Positions 25,836 to 39,930 of a stretch of 64,000 nucleotides of DNA are shown one piece after another; the first letter of the stretch is position 1, and the number at the start of each line of letters is the position of its first letter. The position numbers and the translations under genes are program-made. The stretch lies in NCBI RefSeq assembly GCF_006345805.1, contig NC_043007.1:29078001-29142000 (forward strand). Reading direction: 5' to 3'. The notes below the pieces were generated by a model that ran no database searches, was not told where the DNA came from, and worked only from the letters and a program-made list of their open reading frames with translations. The DNA is from Octopus sinensis (taxonomy: Eukaryota).

Positions 25836-28800
25836 ATATCTGAAAGAGGACTGTAATCTCATTATTATTTAATAACTGAGTATTTTTCCTTCATATATTT
25901 ATATGAGAGAGGACTGCAGTTTCCGAAATATATTTTAATATATTTTGCTGTTAATTGTTGAATATGAAAGGCAACATTCATTATGTGTTTTATCACAAAG
26001 CAAGTGACAATATTGTGAGTTGACCATTTTTGAAAATAGCATTTGGTCGTGGGTGGAATGGTGAAATATTTTAGAAATAATGTTTTCATGATGATTTAGT
26101 TTAAATATAGCTTCATTACAGATCTCTTCTATAGTTGAGTCATAAAAAAGAAAAAGCCACCATTCAAAGCATATTAACTATTTTACTACATAAACACAAT
26201 AAGATCATCAACACTCTTTTGTGAGTGACATTCTTTTCTTATTTGGAAATGTGGCACGCAGCTACGGAATTCTTTGTTTGGTCATTTGGGATGTGCTTTC
26301 CATGCCAGCAGGGGTTCAGTGGAGACAGGATTTTGCCACAGGATGCACTTCCTGTCACCAACCCTTACAGATTTTTTTATACCACAGTTCTTCAAAAGTA
26401 CAAACCAACCCAAGATTAATGTCAGCGAGGAATGTCAACACTCATCCAAAGTCACGGGGCAGTGGTGGGGGGTCAGCATTTATACATGTATGTATACACA
26501 CACACGTACATGTGCATATATATCTATGTGTGTTGAAGAGCTCCCTACAGCTTCCGTCTACCAGATTTCCTAACAAGGCATTGGCCAGGCTGGAGCTGTT
26601 GAAGAAGACACTAACCATAGGTGCCACACAGTGGAATGGACTCTATAATTTTGTGGCTGTAAGGTGAGCTCCGTAACCAACCAGAGTAGAAATTTCTATC
26701 CTTGAATTCTTCTTTTGCAACCACAAACCAATAACAAAGACTGATTACTGTTGCTCAGTCTGCTAGAAATAGCAGCCAAACTTCCTTTGACACCATCTTT
26801 ACTACTTAAATAAAAGGAAGGCCATATTGGACAATGTAATCTTGGATATTCTGTGCTGAAGAAGAATATGAAAATCACAGTATCTCTGTGATCATAGGTG
26901 TGTCTACTTGATCAGGTCTGACTCAGGGCTAAATTAGTTCTGCTGCAACTATTACTGCTGCTGCTTACTCCGTGTTTGAGAAAGGTGTTAATCATTCTAG
27001 CCAAGCTGGTGGGGGGGGGTTAATCCTTCAAAAACTTTTAAATTTGACATAATTTTAATATTTGCATCTTTAGTTTTGGTTGTTGTTATTTTCTTGCTGC
27101 TGATGTGTTGTGGGTCAATGATTTCTGCAAGTTGTAGGTTTTTCCCTGTTCCTAGAAACGGTAGATATTCAATATTCATAATGGACAACTGGAAGGATGG
27201 CTTTCTTAGTTGTGACATTGTCTATGGAACTCCTCCCACCCTCTCTCTCTACCTGGCATTTAAGGCAGTAAAGTTAGGAATAGATTTAAAGATTTTTTTC
27301 AATTGTCCTCACAAAATTGGCAGAGAACCAATAAAATGGTATTAAAGTGTGTGTTTCTGTGTATCACAAAACCATTGCCGTGTGACACCAGTGGTGGTAG
27401 TAGTAATAATAATAGTAGTAGTAGTCGTAGTTTGGACTGTTCATGCAAAAAGAAGAATGAAATGAAGAGGTTTAAGTCACAATTGGTGTCTTTAATGTGT
27501 AGGGGGTAAAGTGGTGACGAGGGGTGGTAATATTTTGTGAAGAGGAGAGAAGTTTGGTTGGGCAGTTAGGGGCAGAAATGATGGTGGCTAGGGTTGTGTG
27601 GTTTGTGACTTTTGGGGACAAAGTTGATGGAGGAAATTCCAAGTAATGTTACAATGTGGTTACCCCAAGGGTTTAGGAGAAGACAAGGTCCCATACTGTG
27701 GAGAAACTTCTCTCAGTTATGTCATCTTGTAATTCTTGGTTAGCATCATCTATTTAGATAGTAGTGCTATTTAAATACCAAAGTCATTCTGTAATTTAGT
27801 CCTTCCCTAAATATTTGGGTCATTGCAATTTAACTCCATTTCAGCCTTCATCCAGTAGGTTGAGGATGGAAAGTTTTCCGACCATAAACATCCCGTCTCC
27901 TATCAATGATAGCTACAACATTATTTTTTTCTCTAAGATTGTAAGGTGTTGCAGGAGATTTAGCTTCTGTTTCCAGCAAGTTGAACATCTGCATCAAAGT
28001 TCTGTTGCTGACTTGTAAACTATTGCAGTCTCCTTCATTATCCAAAAAAATTAAACCATTAAATCAAGTTTTCTTTCCATTGTTACAACAACTCTGTCAA
28101 TTGTTAAATGACTGTTTGTAACAAAAGTTGTCTTAACAGTTATTATGTTGGGTTTCCAGTGCACAGTTGAAATAGTTTGTCTACTTGAAAAGTTGTTAAG
28201 TACCGTTCGGTACTTGGCTGAAAACTACTTGTCTCTGTTGTGAGGAAGTATCCAACTTGAGCACAAAATGGCTTCCATTAATAGCCACTGTCCACAAGAA
28301 AACTTCTAGGCCAGGCCATACTTAATGACTGGATTAATTAAAGAGCTGTTTTTTTCTTAGATAATTTGGTTGCTGTTAATTTTAGTTTCTTCTGCTGGAA
28401 GTGCAGATCAGGTTTCAAGATTAGCCTGTGTTTTCTTCCTCCAAGCAGATATATAAACTTGTGGTATCAGAGACATGGACGCCAAGTGTTATATCCATGT
28501 GCGATTTACTTCATACATAAATAAGTTGTTAATAACCAATTGTCAACTCTCTCTTTTTCTCACTCTCTCTCCCCCTCTCTCTCATTTCCCATTTCACATG
28601 ACTTACTAACAACAATTTCTCTCTGTCTTTTTCATCTCTTCTCATCACCACAGACAGCTTTTATTCGTTATCTCTGATACATTCCTCTCATGTTTTAACA
28701 TTTTTATAACCACTTCATAGCATCAGTCAGTAATGAGGATAAACAAAGTGTGGTTCTTAGTTACAGCCCTTTATGTTCTGAATTCAGTTCCTCTCACCAT

Positions 28801-29995
28801 CACCTTCCGTCCTAAGTTGGTAGACTTGATTGTCTCCCCCCCCCAAGTCCCCTAATTCTTCTCCCTAAAGTGTCCTTTAACATCATCTAATTAACATTTA
28901 TTTTGAAAAATTTTAAAGATTTTCTGAAAACATTTTGATAAGAACAAATCTTTAAAAATTTATTTCTATTTTTTTACCAATTCTGCTATTCTTAGAATAT
29001 AATAATCATAAAATGTGTTACATTAAAAATGTGGTTTATATCGGCATAAAATTGGTCTTGCAATTGCTCACAACTCCAGACTGATCAATTCCTAAGAATC
29101 AACCAAATTTTTTTTTCCATCTTCTAAACAACTTTATTTCAAGAGACTTGTTAACACAAATGGTTCCTTTGATCAAATTTTATTGAAGAGACCAAATATA
29201 GAAGACATTTTTCACTGTAAAGTTTTACTGGTACTTTATGAATTCAAGACTGTTGAAATACACCCTTTTTATTTTTGTTGATTTTAAAAAATAATGAAGA
29301 ATGTAGTAAAATATTTTGTGATTATTCAACTGATTTTTGGAACATAAATTAAACTGAAATGTTACTGGGAAATTTCAGTCATTTTAAAATCGGAAGGTTG
29401 TCCCATTGAACCAGGGATGCTCTCAGACTGGTCAGTTTCAAGTGGGTTAAACAAAGAGGACTGACTTTGCTATCTCCATTATTGTCAGTGATTAACAATG
29501 TGATGGCCCAATCACTAATGTAATGGTCAGCCTCAATAAAACAATATTTTCAGCATGAAACTCTAATGGTGGAATGCAAATTGGTTGGCCAGGTACACCT
29601 CCAGTTCAATTGTCATAGTCAAGTTCTGTGATTCTTGTAGAAGTCTCAACTCTCAAGTTGGTGCAAGTGGCCAGTCTGCCATTTTGACTTAAATTGCAAT
29701 ATTGGACTTCTGTTGGGACAACAACAACAACATCTTTTTGAGCATGGCATTTCATCACCCCTGCCCACTTATATTGTAACATGCCAAGTTAGAACAAACA
29801 ATTTAATGAGAGTAGGTGTTAGTACAAAGTGTTAAAACAAAACTCGCACAAGCCGACTCGTGACATGATAGACTAGTGTCTCACATACATACTCACACCA
29901 TTTGTCTTTCAAAGAAACCGTTGAAAAGGCAAACTAATTCAGAGTTATTCTCTTTTAAAATAGAACTACCACTGGATTTGAGCATCTTTTGTCTG

Positions 29996-32868
29996 TCTGA
30001 TCAATAGAAACTGTCACCTGATTTAACAATTATAGGATCATTGTTCTGTCAATGTATTGGAATTCTTTCAAACTGCCAACAAGACTCAGAATGGTGTGGA
30101 GCATTCAGTCTTTGTTAGTATATCTATTATGTAGACCATTTTTAAGTATCAATTTATTACAGAGAATATATACTTCTATAAGAGTTGAACCCTGTATCCA
30201 TTGCTGTCCACTCGGCTGTGTTACCAGTTACATAGGTGAAAGCCTGCCATTTCAACGCATAAAATTAAGATATATTCATTCATTTGTTCACTTTTGCATC
30301 TATTTTACCATGTTGGCATGGGTTAGATGGATATTCCCGAGACATTGTTTTTACAGCCAGATGCTCTTCCTTTCACTAACCTTTATCTGCTTTTCAAATA
30401 AGACATCTCTTATTTCATAAGTTTCCAAAGGCACAAAGCAAATACAGTCACCCTTTTGTCACCCTAATTCTCTTCAAATACACTGCTTTTGTTTCAATTA
30501 ATTTTGAAAATCATGAATTTAGTAAAATAACTTTTGTGAAGTTTGGAACATAAATTTGTAATTTTGGTGAAACATTTTAATTTAGATCATTTTAAAACAA
30601 GTCATTTGCATCATTGAAGCAGGGGCAGGTTGGATGAAAAGGGTTAGCAAAAGGACCATTTCTCTAAAACCTTCTTACTGCATTCCTCAATAGCAGACAG
30701 CAGTGATGCTGTTATCAAGTCACATTGTGCATGAGGGCTGTTCCAATGTACATGGAGGCTGAGGGCTGTTCCAATGTACATGGAGGCTATGGCTACTGTC
30801 TCACAATGAAGAAAGATCAATGTTTTGGAAGTTCCACGATGCAACATTAACTTCAGGAAACTGACCTCTCACTTGATCGCTTATCAATTCGGTGTAGACA
30901 CACAAACCAAATAGACTTTATACTTGTCAAGAAACAAGAAAGACAGATGCTTGTTAATACTAATGTCCCTGTAAAGAACTATTTACTTCAACATAGACGA
31001 GTGATTAGTGATGTCAATGTAAGAGCTTGGTGGATCCAAGACACTCTGTGGAAGGAAGGTAGGAAGCATGAAAGGTATCTTGCCCAATATAGATTCAAAG
31101 AAATACTGGATAGCATGGATGTAGAGGAGGGGGAGGAGGAGGAGGAATTGAGATGAAAAACATAGAAAACAACCAGGAGTTCCTTCTGTGAGCCATAGAC
31201 CAGGTCTGTGGTTAAAGCAAGGTTCCAGTCAAATGGAGGTGATAAGATGGTGGAACGTTACAGTAGTTAAGGCCTAAAAGCTAAAAGACAGGAATGGTAA
31301 AAAGTGGGAAGCAAGAAATAATATGAGGTTGCTAGAAGAGAGGCTTGACATGTGGTGGTACATGTAGCAAGGATTAGAAGAAGTAGAAAGTAATGAGTTT
31401 GTTAATGTTCTGTGATGTGAATATGAAGGTTCTGATCAATAGAAACTGTCACCTGATTTAACAATTATAGGATCATTGTTCTGTCAATGTATTGGAATTC
31501 TTTCAAACTGCCAACAAGACTCAGAATGGTGTGGAGCATTCAGTCTTTGTTAGTATATCTATTATGTAGACCATTTTTAAGTATCAATTTATTACAGAGA
31601 ATATATACTTCTATAAGAGTTGAACCCTGTATCCATTGCTGTCCACTCGGCTGTGTTACCAGTTACATAGGTGAAAGCCTGCCATTTCAACGCATAAAAT
31701 TAAGATATATTCATTCATTTGTTCACTTTTGCATCTATTTTACCATGTTGGCATGGGTTAGTTGGATATTCCCGAGACATTGTTTTTACAGCCAGATGCT
31801 CTTCCTTTCACTAACCTTTATCTGCTTTTCAAATAAGACATCTCTTATTTCATAAGTTTCCAAAGGCACAAAGCAAATACAGTCACCCTTTTGTCACCCT
31901 AATTCTCTTCAAATACACTGCTTTTGTTTCAATTAATTTTGAAAATCATGAATTTAGTAAAATAACTTTTGTGAAGTTTGGAACATAAATTTGTAATTTT
32001 GGTGAAACATTTTAATTTAGATCATTTTAAAACAAGTCATTTGCATCATTGAAGCAGGGGCAGGTTGGATGAAAAGGGTTAGCAAAAGGACCATTTCTCT
32101 AAAACCTTCTTACTGCATTCCTCAATAGCAGACAGCAGTGATGCTGTTATCAAGTCACATTGTGCATGAGGGCTGTTCCAATGTACATGGAGGCTGAGGG
32201 CTGTTCCAATGTACATGGAGGCTATGGCTACTGTCTCACAATGAAGAAAGATCAATGTTTTGGAAGTTCCACGATGCAACATTAACTTCAGGAAACTGAC
32301 CTCTCACTTGATCGCTTATCAATTCGGTGTAGACACACAAACCAAATAGACTTTATACTTGTCAAGAAACAAGAAAGACAGATGCTTGTTAATACTAATG
32401 TCCCTGTAAAGAACTATTTACTTCAACATAGACGAGTGATTAGTGATGTCAATGTAAGAGCTTGGTGGATCCAAGACACTCTGTGGAAGGAAGGTAGGAA
32501 GCATGAAAGGTATCTTGGCCCAATATAGATTCAAAGAAATACTGGATAGCATGGATGTAGAGGAGGGGGAGGAGGAGGAGGAATTGAGATGAAAAACATA
32601 GAAAACAACCAGGAGTTCCTTCTGTGAGCCATAGACCAGGTCTGTGGTTAAAGCAAGGTTCCAGTCAAATGGAAGGTGATAAGATGGTGGAACGTTACAG
32701 TAGTTAAAGGCCTAAAAGCTAAAAGACAGGAATGGTAAAAAGTGGGAAGCAAGAAATAATATGAGGTTGCTAGAAGAGAGGCTTGACATGTGGTGGTACA
32801 TGTAGCAAGGATTAGAAGAAGTAGAAAGTAATGAGTTTGTTAATGTTCTGTGATGTGAATATGAAGGT
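29996..32868. repeat. Head-to-tail tandem duplication (29996-31430, 1435 bp; 31431-32868, 1438 bp)
   Basis: Copies match except one substitution (30327 A vs 31762 T) and three 1-bp indels seen by eye; the ORF track also repeats at offset 1435. Confidence 0.97.
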
Positions 32869-32869
32869 T

Positions 32870-34500
32870 GTGAGATGTTGTAGATAGCAGTGATATGTCA
32901 GTGTAAAGCAGGATAGAGAGTTTGATGAATGAAGAGAATTCACAGAGTGAGGGAGAGAGGGAGAGACTGTTCAGGAGAACAGTTATTGAAATTGATTGCT
33001 ACATCGTTAAAATGGCCATTAAGGCTATAAAGATGGAGAAAGTAGTTGCACCATCAGAAATAGTCACTGAGATACTGAAACTATCTGAAGTAGGACTTTT
33101 ACAGCAGTCCCTTACACAGTACAAGTAAGGATCATATCTAAGGATTGTCGAAACATTATCATCATCATCATCATCAGCTATTACAAGAACAAAGGAGCTG
33201 CTCAAGAGACAGGCAACTACAGAGTTATCAAGGTGATGGATCAAAAGTATGAAAGTAGCACAACTAATTAAGAATAAAATTAACTTAGGTATGATGCAAT
33301 TTAGATTTGTGTAAGCACAGGGTAACTTTTTGAATACCTTTTTTTAGAGGGTCAGCTACAAGAGAAGTTTTAAGCTATGCAAAAGCCATTCTAGTTGGCA
33401 TTTATTTAATTACAGAAGCCTTATCAGCAAGGTGAGAGTTAGCAAAGAGTTCAACAAAGAATTTAGTGGTTTTCATTCCTTTCTTGTTTCTTGAAGTTCT
33501 TCATATCATAACAGAAGAGTTTAAGACACATGCCCATGACCAAGTCCTCACACTTGAATCCGTCAAAGAATTAGAGAAGAAATTCCAAATTAAAGCAGAG
33601 TCTAGAATCAAGAGATCATCATCATCATGTCTTAAAATATAAATAAATTTAAATAAATTTAAGCAAGTTAAAAGTGTTAGTCAGCAAGGAAGAAGATAGA
33701 ATTCTTCTAGTATTTGGAAGTGTTAATGTTCAAAATGGAAGAACTGCCATTGGTGTATAGGCCAATGTATATTAGGGGTGTGTAAGTGTTAGAGTTGAAC
33801 CTCAGGCAGGTTGACATGACCGAAGGGTTTTGGATGCAGTTGGTTCACAGTAAGAATGCTTGTGAAATAAATTCTTTCAACTGCTTAAGAAGTTCCTAGA
33901 CGTAGTTGATAGCTTTTCTTAGCTTGGTGACATGATTAGCAGTGGAGGAGTTTGTTTCAAGAGTAGAGCAGTCAACATATGAATAGAATGGAAAAGCCCG
34001 GAGAGTTCTAAGCTCTGCTGGCAATGAAGGGTTTCTCCCTGCAATTGCAAATTGTCTGATGTTACTTGTTAGAAGAACATGATAATTGAATACAGAGAAT
34101 GTATGAGGAAAGAAATGAGCCAAGCTGCAGAGGAATGTGTGAGTATTCGTGTGTATGAATGGCAGTAACACAGAGTTGATAGACAGACTGGGCCTAAGAA
34201 GAGTCAGATATGGTATGAGAGAGAGAGAGGAGACAGGCACAACAGGTGTGTGATATGTGTGTAGAGGATGACAGGTAGAAAAAAATGACCCAAATGAAAG
34301 GAACCTATGGGATAGGAAGACCAAGGAAGACATGAAAGTTTGGTTAACGCTCATCTCAGACTGAACTACACAAAAGGGACACAGGACTACTATAAATGGT
34401 GACATGCTATGTTGGATATGACCGAGCCAACTATGGAAGAATGGGTGTCAAATAACTATGGTGATAGTTATGAATGATTCTGGTTTAACCCACAATACCA
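32870..34500 (+). mobile_element. Highly degenerate RTE-like LINE remnants, continuing from the end of the duplicated unit
   Basis: Fragments such as MAIKAIKMEKVVAPSEIVTEILKLS, GNYRVIKVMDQ and MQFRFV parallel the RTE at 10405-12090. Confidence 0.6.
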
Positions 34501-35271
34501 TTGAGTGAGAGTCTTTCATTCATTGCTCCTAAGGTATGTGCTTCATTGTGGTTGGTAACTTTTTTTATTAGTGTTGTTGCACTACTGCAGACTGGTGTTT
34601 TGGATATACTTGTGCCAAATTCCAGATAATAACATCTTCAAATACTTAATTATCTCTTCATTTATCTTTAGTAAGTCTTTATGGGTTCAAGAACAGTTTA
34701 ATGCCATAATACTATCAAGAACATACTGCAAGTGAAGAATGTCATGTATCTCATCTGGTGCCACAAAATTACAAACTCTAAATCTTTGAATTCTTTCTAT
34801 GCACTCAGTCAATCATTCGTGGGATGAGGTAGTAGCATTTAGTTCTGAGTTCAAATGACATTGAGGTCAACTTCACCTTTCATCTCTCCAGGGTCAATAA
34901 AATACCAACCAGTCAAGTCAACTAATCCTACCCAATATTACAAACAACTGTTGTTGTTACATTGCTGTAGAGTGGTTCTATTGATTTACCAATGGCATTA
35001 ATTCTCTCCACAAATGTTTCCAACACTCCTGGGTAGAACTAGAAGAAAACTGAGGCTATTAAAGTGTTGCACGGGAGAGTTGACAAACTGTTTCAGTAAA
35101 ATCTAATCCAATCACTGAAGTGCCAACACTTTAATCCTGATTAGTTGATGACTTCCTCTAATCTGTCATAAATTTCCCCAATGTCTTCTTTGTGGGGAAT
35201 AACTGTGTCTCCTAGTTTCAATTGAAGCAGAGGCCCAGATATAGCCAGCAGTGAACTAATCACATCATAGT

Positions 35272-35328
<57 letters not shown>

Positions 35329-35404
35329 TATTCGTAAATATATGCATTGGAAGGATGCAGTTAATTGTGTGTGTGTGTGTGTGTGTGTGTGTGAACCTGC
35401 CTCT

Positions 35405-35920
35405 GGTTAAGAAGCTCGCTTTGCCCTCGCGTTTTAGGTTCAGTCCCACTGAGTGGCATGTATAGTCTTCTACTGTGGCCCTCGTTTGATTAATGCTTTG
35501 TGAATGAATTTGGTTGACAGAAATTGTGTGGAAGCCTGTCATGTCTGTCTGTCTGTCTTTGCCCCTCTAACCATTGCTTCATAATTAGTATCAGTTTGTT
35601 CACATCCCTATAACGATTTGGCAGAAGAGAGACTGGTTAAGTAAGTCCTAGGATCAGTTTGTTTCACTGACCTCTTCAGCCTTTTCGCGTTTAAACCGGT
35701 TGTATCCGGCCTAAACAGTCTGCCTCTTTTATGCTCAAACTGGCCAGAACCAGCATCTCACACCTACCTTGTTATGTCATACTAAACAATTACCAATTAT
35801 ATGTTTCAAATCCTGAAGCTACAAAATAATACCAGATAAATTTTTTTAAATAGGAATAAATAGGGATTACTTTTGACAAAGACTGAAGGGCTGCACTCCA
35901 GTGACTGAAACAAGTAAAAG
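35405..35920 (+). mobile_element. Family C SINE (head plus GTAAAAG tail) interrupted by a piggyBac-like MITE fragment (~35670-35850)
   Basis: Head TGGTTAAGAAGCTCGC...GGTTCAGTCCCACT, body matching the reverse complement of 51438-51620, and tail GACTGAAACAAGTAAAAG. The insert resembles the reverse complement of 49250-49342. Confidence 0.6.
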
Positions 35921-35934
35921 CTAAAATATATATC

Positions 35935-36115
35935 ATCATCATCATCATCATTTAGTATCCGCTTTCCATGCTGGCATGGGTTGGATGGTTTGACAGGAAC
36001 TGGTAAGGCTGGGAGCTGCATTGTCTGTTTTGGTATGGTTTCCACAGTTGGATGCCCTTCCTAACACCAACCACTTTGCAGAGTGTACTGGGTGCTTTCT
36101 ACATGGTACTAACAA
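35935..36115 (-). mobile_element. RTE-type 3' end (family A)
   Basis: (CAT)n-TTAGTATCCGCTTTCCATGCTGGCATGGG...GGATGCCCTTCCTAACACCAACCAC. Confidence 0.8.
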
Positions 36116-36585
36116 AAGTGTATGTATATGTGTGTGTGTGTGTATATATATATATATACACACAGACACACATACACATACACACACGTACACACTCTAG
36201 GAACTGTAAATATAAATGATAACTAATGTACAAGGTGAAGCCAAACCAAGTAATGATACTTTTGAATGCATTTAATACGTATGTTTCAGATAGTTAGGCA
36301 ATAGATAAAAAGGAAATTTCATCACTTACACAAAATCTTCCTCAGTTTCCTTTTTTATCTACTGTGCAATTATCTGAAGCACACGTATTAAACGTATTCA
36401 AATGATCATGGCTAGGTTTGATATCATTATTTACATTAAACGACTCTCATGACCGGTATACCAGCCAGTCAGTCCCAACTCCATTCACTTGGTTACTATA
36501 ACAAGGGTTTGGAGTGGTTTGTTGTTTTAGGAATTCTGGTAACCTGCATTTTCTTCTAAACATAACACAAATTATAGAAAGTAAC

Positions 36586-36624
<39 letters not shown>

Positions 36625-36877
36625 CGTAATTAGTGATTAATATTGTGCTATATTATAAATATTTCCAGCAACAATAACTGGTCTCAGACATTTATATTTT
36701 GTGATTGGTTGTCTTGGAGACGTTAGTGATGGAATTGTTGTTGGTAAATAGATTTGATTCAGAGTAAAATGAGATTTTGTAGTTTTGTAACATGTTTAAT
36801 GGTCACAGAGTGATGATAATTTGAGTAAAGATGTTATATATATATGTGTGTGCACACACACACACACACACACACAC

Positions 36878-36910
<33 letters not shown>

Positions 36911-37842
36911 GCATGTGCACAAAGACAGTGACAGTAGCAGAGTAATAGGAAGAGATGAGAAACAGAAGTGGACTGAGGTGTAGGAGGGGAAGTCACATAT
37001 TCTAATAGAATGGTATGTGATTATATTATGTGTGGGAAGTAGGGCATGTCCTATTAAAGCTGCTGGTGTTAATCCTTGTAATTATGTCAAGATTTATGTG
37101 TGTGTGTGTGTGTGTGTTTCGTTGTTTATTTGTGTCTGGAATTTCACACATAGACACACATATATACATATATAAGTGTATGTATGTAGCATGTATGATG
37201 TATAGACATGTTTAATGTCTTGGTTTTGTAGAAATAATTATTCTTTCTTCCATCATTAGCATCTCTTCATTCTATTTCCTCTCCAAGCTTATTTCTTCTT
37301 CTTCTTCTCCAGGTTGTAGTGTCTCTCTTGTTTCTTTCTCTCATCACTTTCCTCACATTTATCTCCCTCCCTCCATCTCTCTCTCTCTCTCTCTCTCTGA
37401 CACACACACACATGGAAGTTGTCAATCCTTGTATAGAGTATGATGACATTTAGCATTTCCATTCTCTTGGCTTCTAAGATGTACCCCTCTCCCCCACCCA
37501 CCCCGGTCAATGAGCAAAATGTACCCTAGTCACCGATGGCAGGGCAAGACCAAGCCTCCACTCCTCATACGCTGATGTAGATGAAGTAGCTCTGGGCCGG
37601 TGCTTGGACAATTGTCATTTCCCTGCCTTGTACGACACTCTCACCTCTGCCCTCACCAAGCAGGAAACCATGCAAGTGGTGCTATGTGATTGTTGTGAAC
37701 CCAAAGTTTACCTTGACTGCCATGGGGAAAGGTCCATTGTCCATGGGTTCAACAAGTTAGCCTTCACTTGCACTTGGAGAGAAAACAAGTGCAAAATGTA
37801 GCAACATGGAAAGCATTGCAATGATAGACATTTATGTGACAT

Positions 37843-38087
37843 GAGTCTTACTCAATGTGTGACACAAGTGTTACTCAATGTGTATGTAACATGAGTGTTA
37901 CTCAATGTGTGACACGAATGTTACTTAATGTGTAGCACGAGTGTTACTTAATGTATGGCATGAGTGTTACTCAATGTGTGACATGATACTCAATGTGTAT
38001 GTAACATGAGTGTTACTCAATGTGTGACACGAGTGTTACTCAATGTCTGGCACGAGTGTTACTCAGTGTGTGGCAAGAGTGTTATTC
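37843..38087. repeat. Minisatellite, 23-bp unit GAGTGTTACTCAATGTGTGACAC, about 10.5 copies
   Basis: Read directly; units 2 and 7 carry a 4-bp ATGT insertion. Confidence 0.92.
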
Positions 38088-38539
38088 TTTAAATGTTTAT
38101 ACCTGTTGAACTGGCAAACAAAAAGAGAGAAATGCAGGAGAGCCAACACAACGAGTTTCGAGTAGGAGTAGGACCTTCACACACACATGGTGGGGATTGA
38201 GGGTCTTCAACCCCTATCTTACTGTGATACATTTCCAATGTCAGAAGAAATGTCTCACATCAATACAACAACATATGGATGCGGGGACATAAAAATGAAA
38301 AAAAAATCACCCAACACCCATTGCTAGAGGATGTTGTACAGACTTATACTGTATTGCAATAATGTTGATGTCCTTTTGAGTCCGTTGCAGGTCACATCTA
38401 CAACATTCTGCTACAGACATGTGACGCACTCAGTATTTTCTCTCTCATTGTGCTTTTTACTGTGTCTTTTGTCCAGCTGGTATTGAATTACTATCGGTTG
38501 GGCTTGGGTTGCAAAACAATCTTTGAAATGTGATGCAAG

Positions 38540-38830
38540 ATCCACAAGTCCAAGAGAGGCTTCACTCCCTCTAGAACGTCATTTGCCTGCTTTGCAAAAG
38601 TATTGTTAGTGTCCTCAAGTAGATTCCTTCATAATGCTGTGGCATTTTAGGGGAAGTGACCCTTGGACCATTTGATGTTAGGAAAGTTAAAGTCACCCAA
38701 AAGAAATAAAGTAACATGCTGATTCAGTCTGGGTCATAGCTCTTCTATGTTGCCTAACATTTCCCTAAGTTTTCTGTCCTGATTGGAATCATTCAACGGA
38801 TGGTTATATTGTCCTATTTGTAAGATTAGT
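38540..38830 (-). mobile_element. LINE AP-endonuclease fragment (CR1/L2-group-like)
   Basis: Translation IGQYNHPLNDSNQDRKLREML...TLFLLGDFNFPNIKWSKG contains the GDFN catalytic motif; one internal stop. Confidence 0.75.
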
Positions 38831-39435
38831 GACATCTGGTGGAAGGATACATACACACGCATGCATGTAAATGCTTCTGTTGCTATCTTTTGATCCTTTT
38901 ACTTATTCTGCATGCACCCCATGAATTATTGTCTGTTTGACAGACGTCTGCACTCATCAGCAAATAATTTGTTTCATTTCTTAAGCTCTTGTCGGAATTC
39001 ATTGGCTCAACAAGCATAGCTTTAACTGAAGAGACACAAAATAAGGTGGAAACACCACAGACATCAGCTAAAGGGAAGAAGTGTTCTTGAATACCGAAAA
39101 GCCACAGCAATCAAATATTCACATTCAAATCTTCTTGAATGTATTAAGAACATGTATGTATATCTATTGTGCATGTGTATACATACACACACACACACAT
39201 GTGGGCATACATCGCTTAGCAGAGTTTATGATGTTGCATTCATGATTGTATGGTTGTGATTTCAATTACTGGAGCAAGCAATGCATTGTGTCCTTGAGCA
39301 AAACACTTCACTTTACATTGCTGCTGAGCACTCAACTGGCAAAATTGAATATTCCTGCGATGGACTGGCATCCCATTCAGGTTGGCAATATATATGCCAT
39401 AGAATCTGGGAAACCATCCTTATGAACCTTTGCCT

Positions 39436-39930
39436 CAGAAAGGACCTCAAAGACATACAGCATCTCGAAAGAGTCCAGAAGCTGGCTACCCGCATGGTTC
39501 ATGGTCTCAAAAATTTGTCCTATGAAGAAAGGCTGAGGACACTCGACCTTTATTCTCTTGAAAAACGCCGCTGCCATGGTGATCTCATTCTCACCCACAA
39601 CATCATAAGCGGAAAGTGTAACCTCTCGAAGGAGCTGTTCTTCACTCCTGCTCCAGAGCGTCGGCTGCGGGGTCATTCCGAAAAGCTCTACCTGCGACGA
39701 TTTCATCTCAATCGAAGGAGAGGAGCTTTCTCCGTCCGGGTTGCGGATCCGTGGAACAAGCTGCCAGACGAGATGGTGAAGATGCTGACGACCGCTTTGT
39801 TCAAAGCCTCCCTTGACCTCAAGTGGCCTGAACTCTTTACATGAACACCACCCTGTACTTAACTCCATGTCCTCCTACAAGGCCTTGCTATTTGCTTTTG
39901 AGCCAAATTAACTAACTAACTAACTAACTT
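39436..39930 (+). mobile_element. 5'-truncated CR1-clade LINE 3' end with (TAAC)n tail
   Basis: Uninterrupted LERVQKLATRM...LSYEERL..LDLYSLEKRR..GDLI...LRGHSEKL...FSVRV.DPWNKLP...FKASLD, stop at 39842-39844, then a TAACTAACTAAC tail. Confidence 0.93.

Noticed and set aside
27700-28440. Possible transposase or nested gene on the minus strand (ORF 27848-28045)
   Set aside because: All frames are interrupted and I found no diagnostic motif; a tBLASTx search would be needed.
30052-31855. Duplicated 122-aa ORF as a tandem gene pair
   Set aside because: No recognisable domain; it repeats only because of the 1.4-kb segmental duplication.
39281-39435. N-terminal part of the 187-aa ORF as part of the CR1 protein
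   Set aside because: These codons come from an adjacent SINE fragment that happens to be in frame; CR1 similarity starts near 39436.
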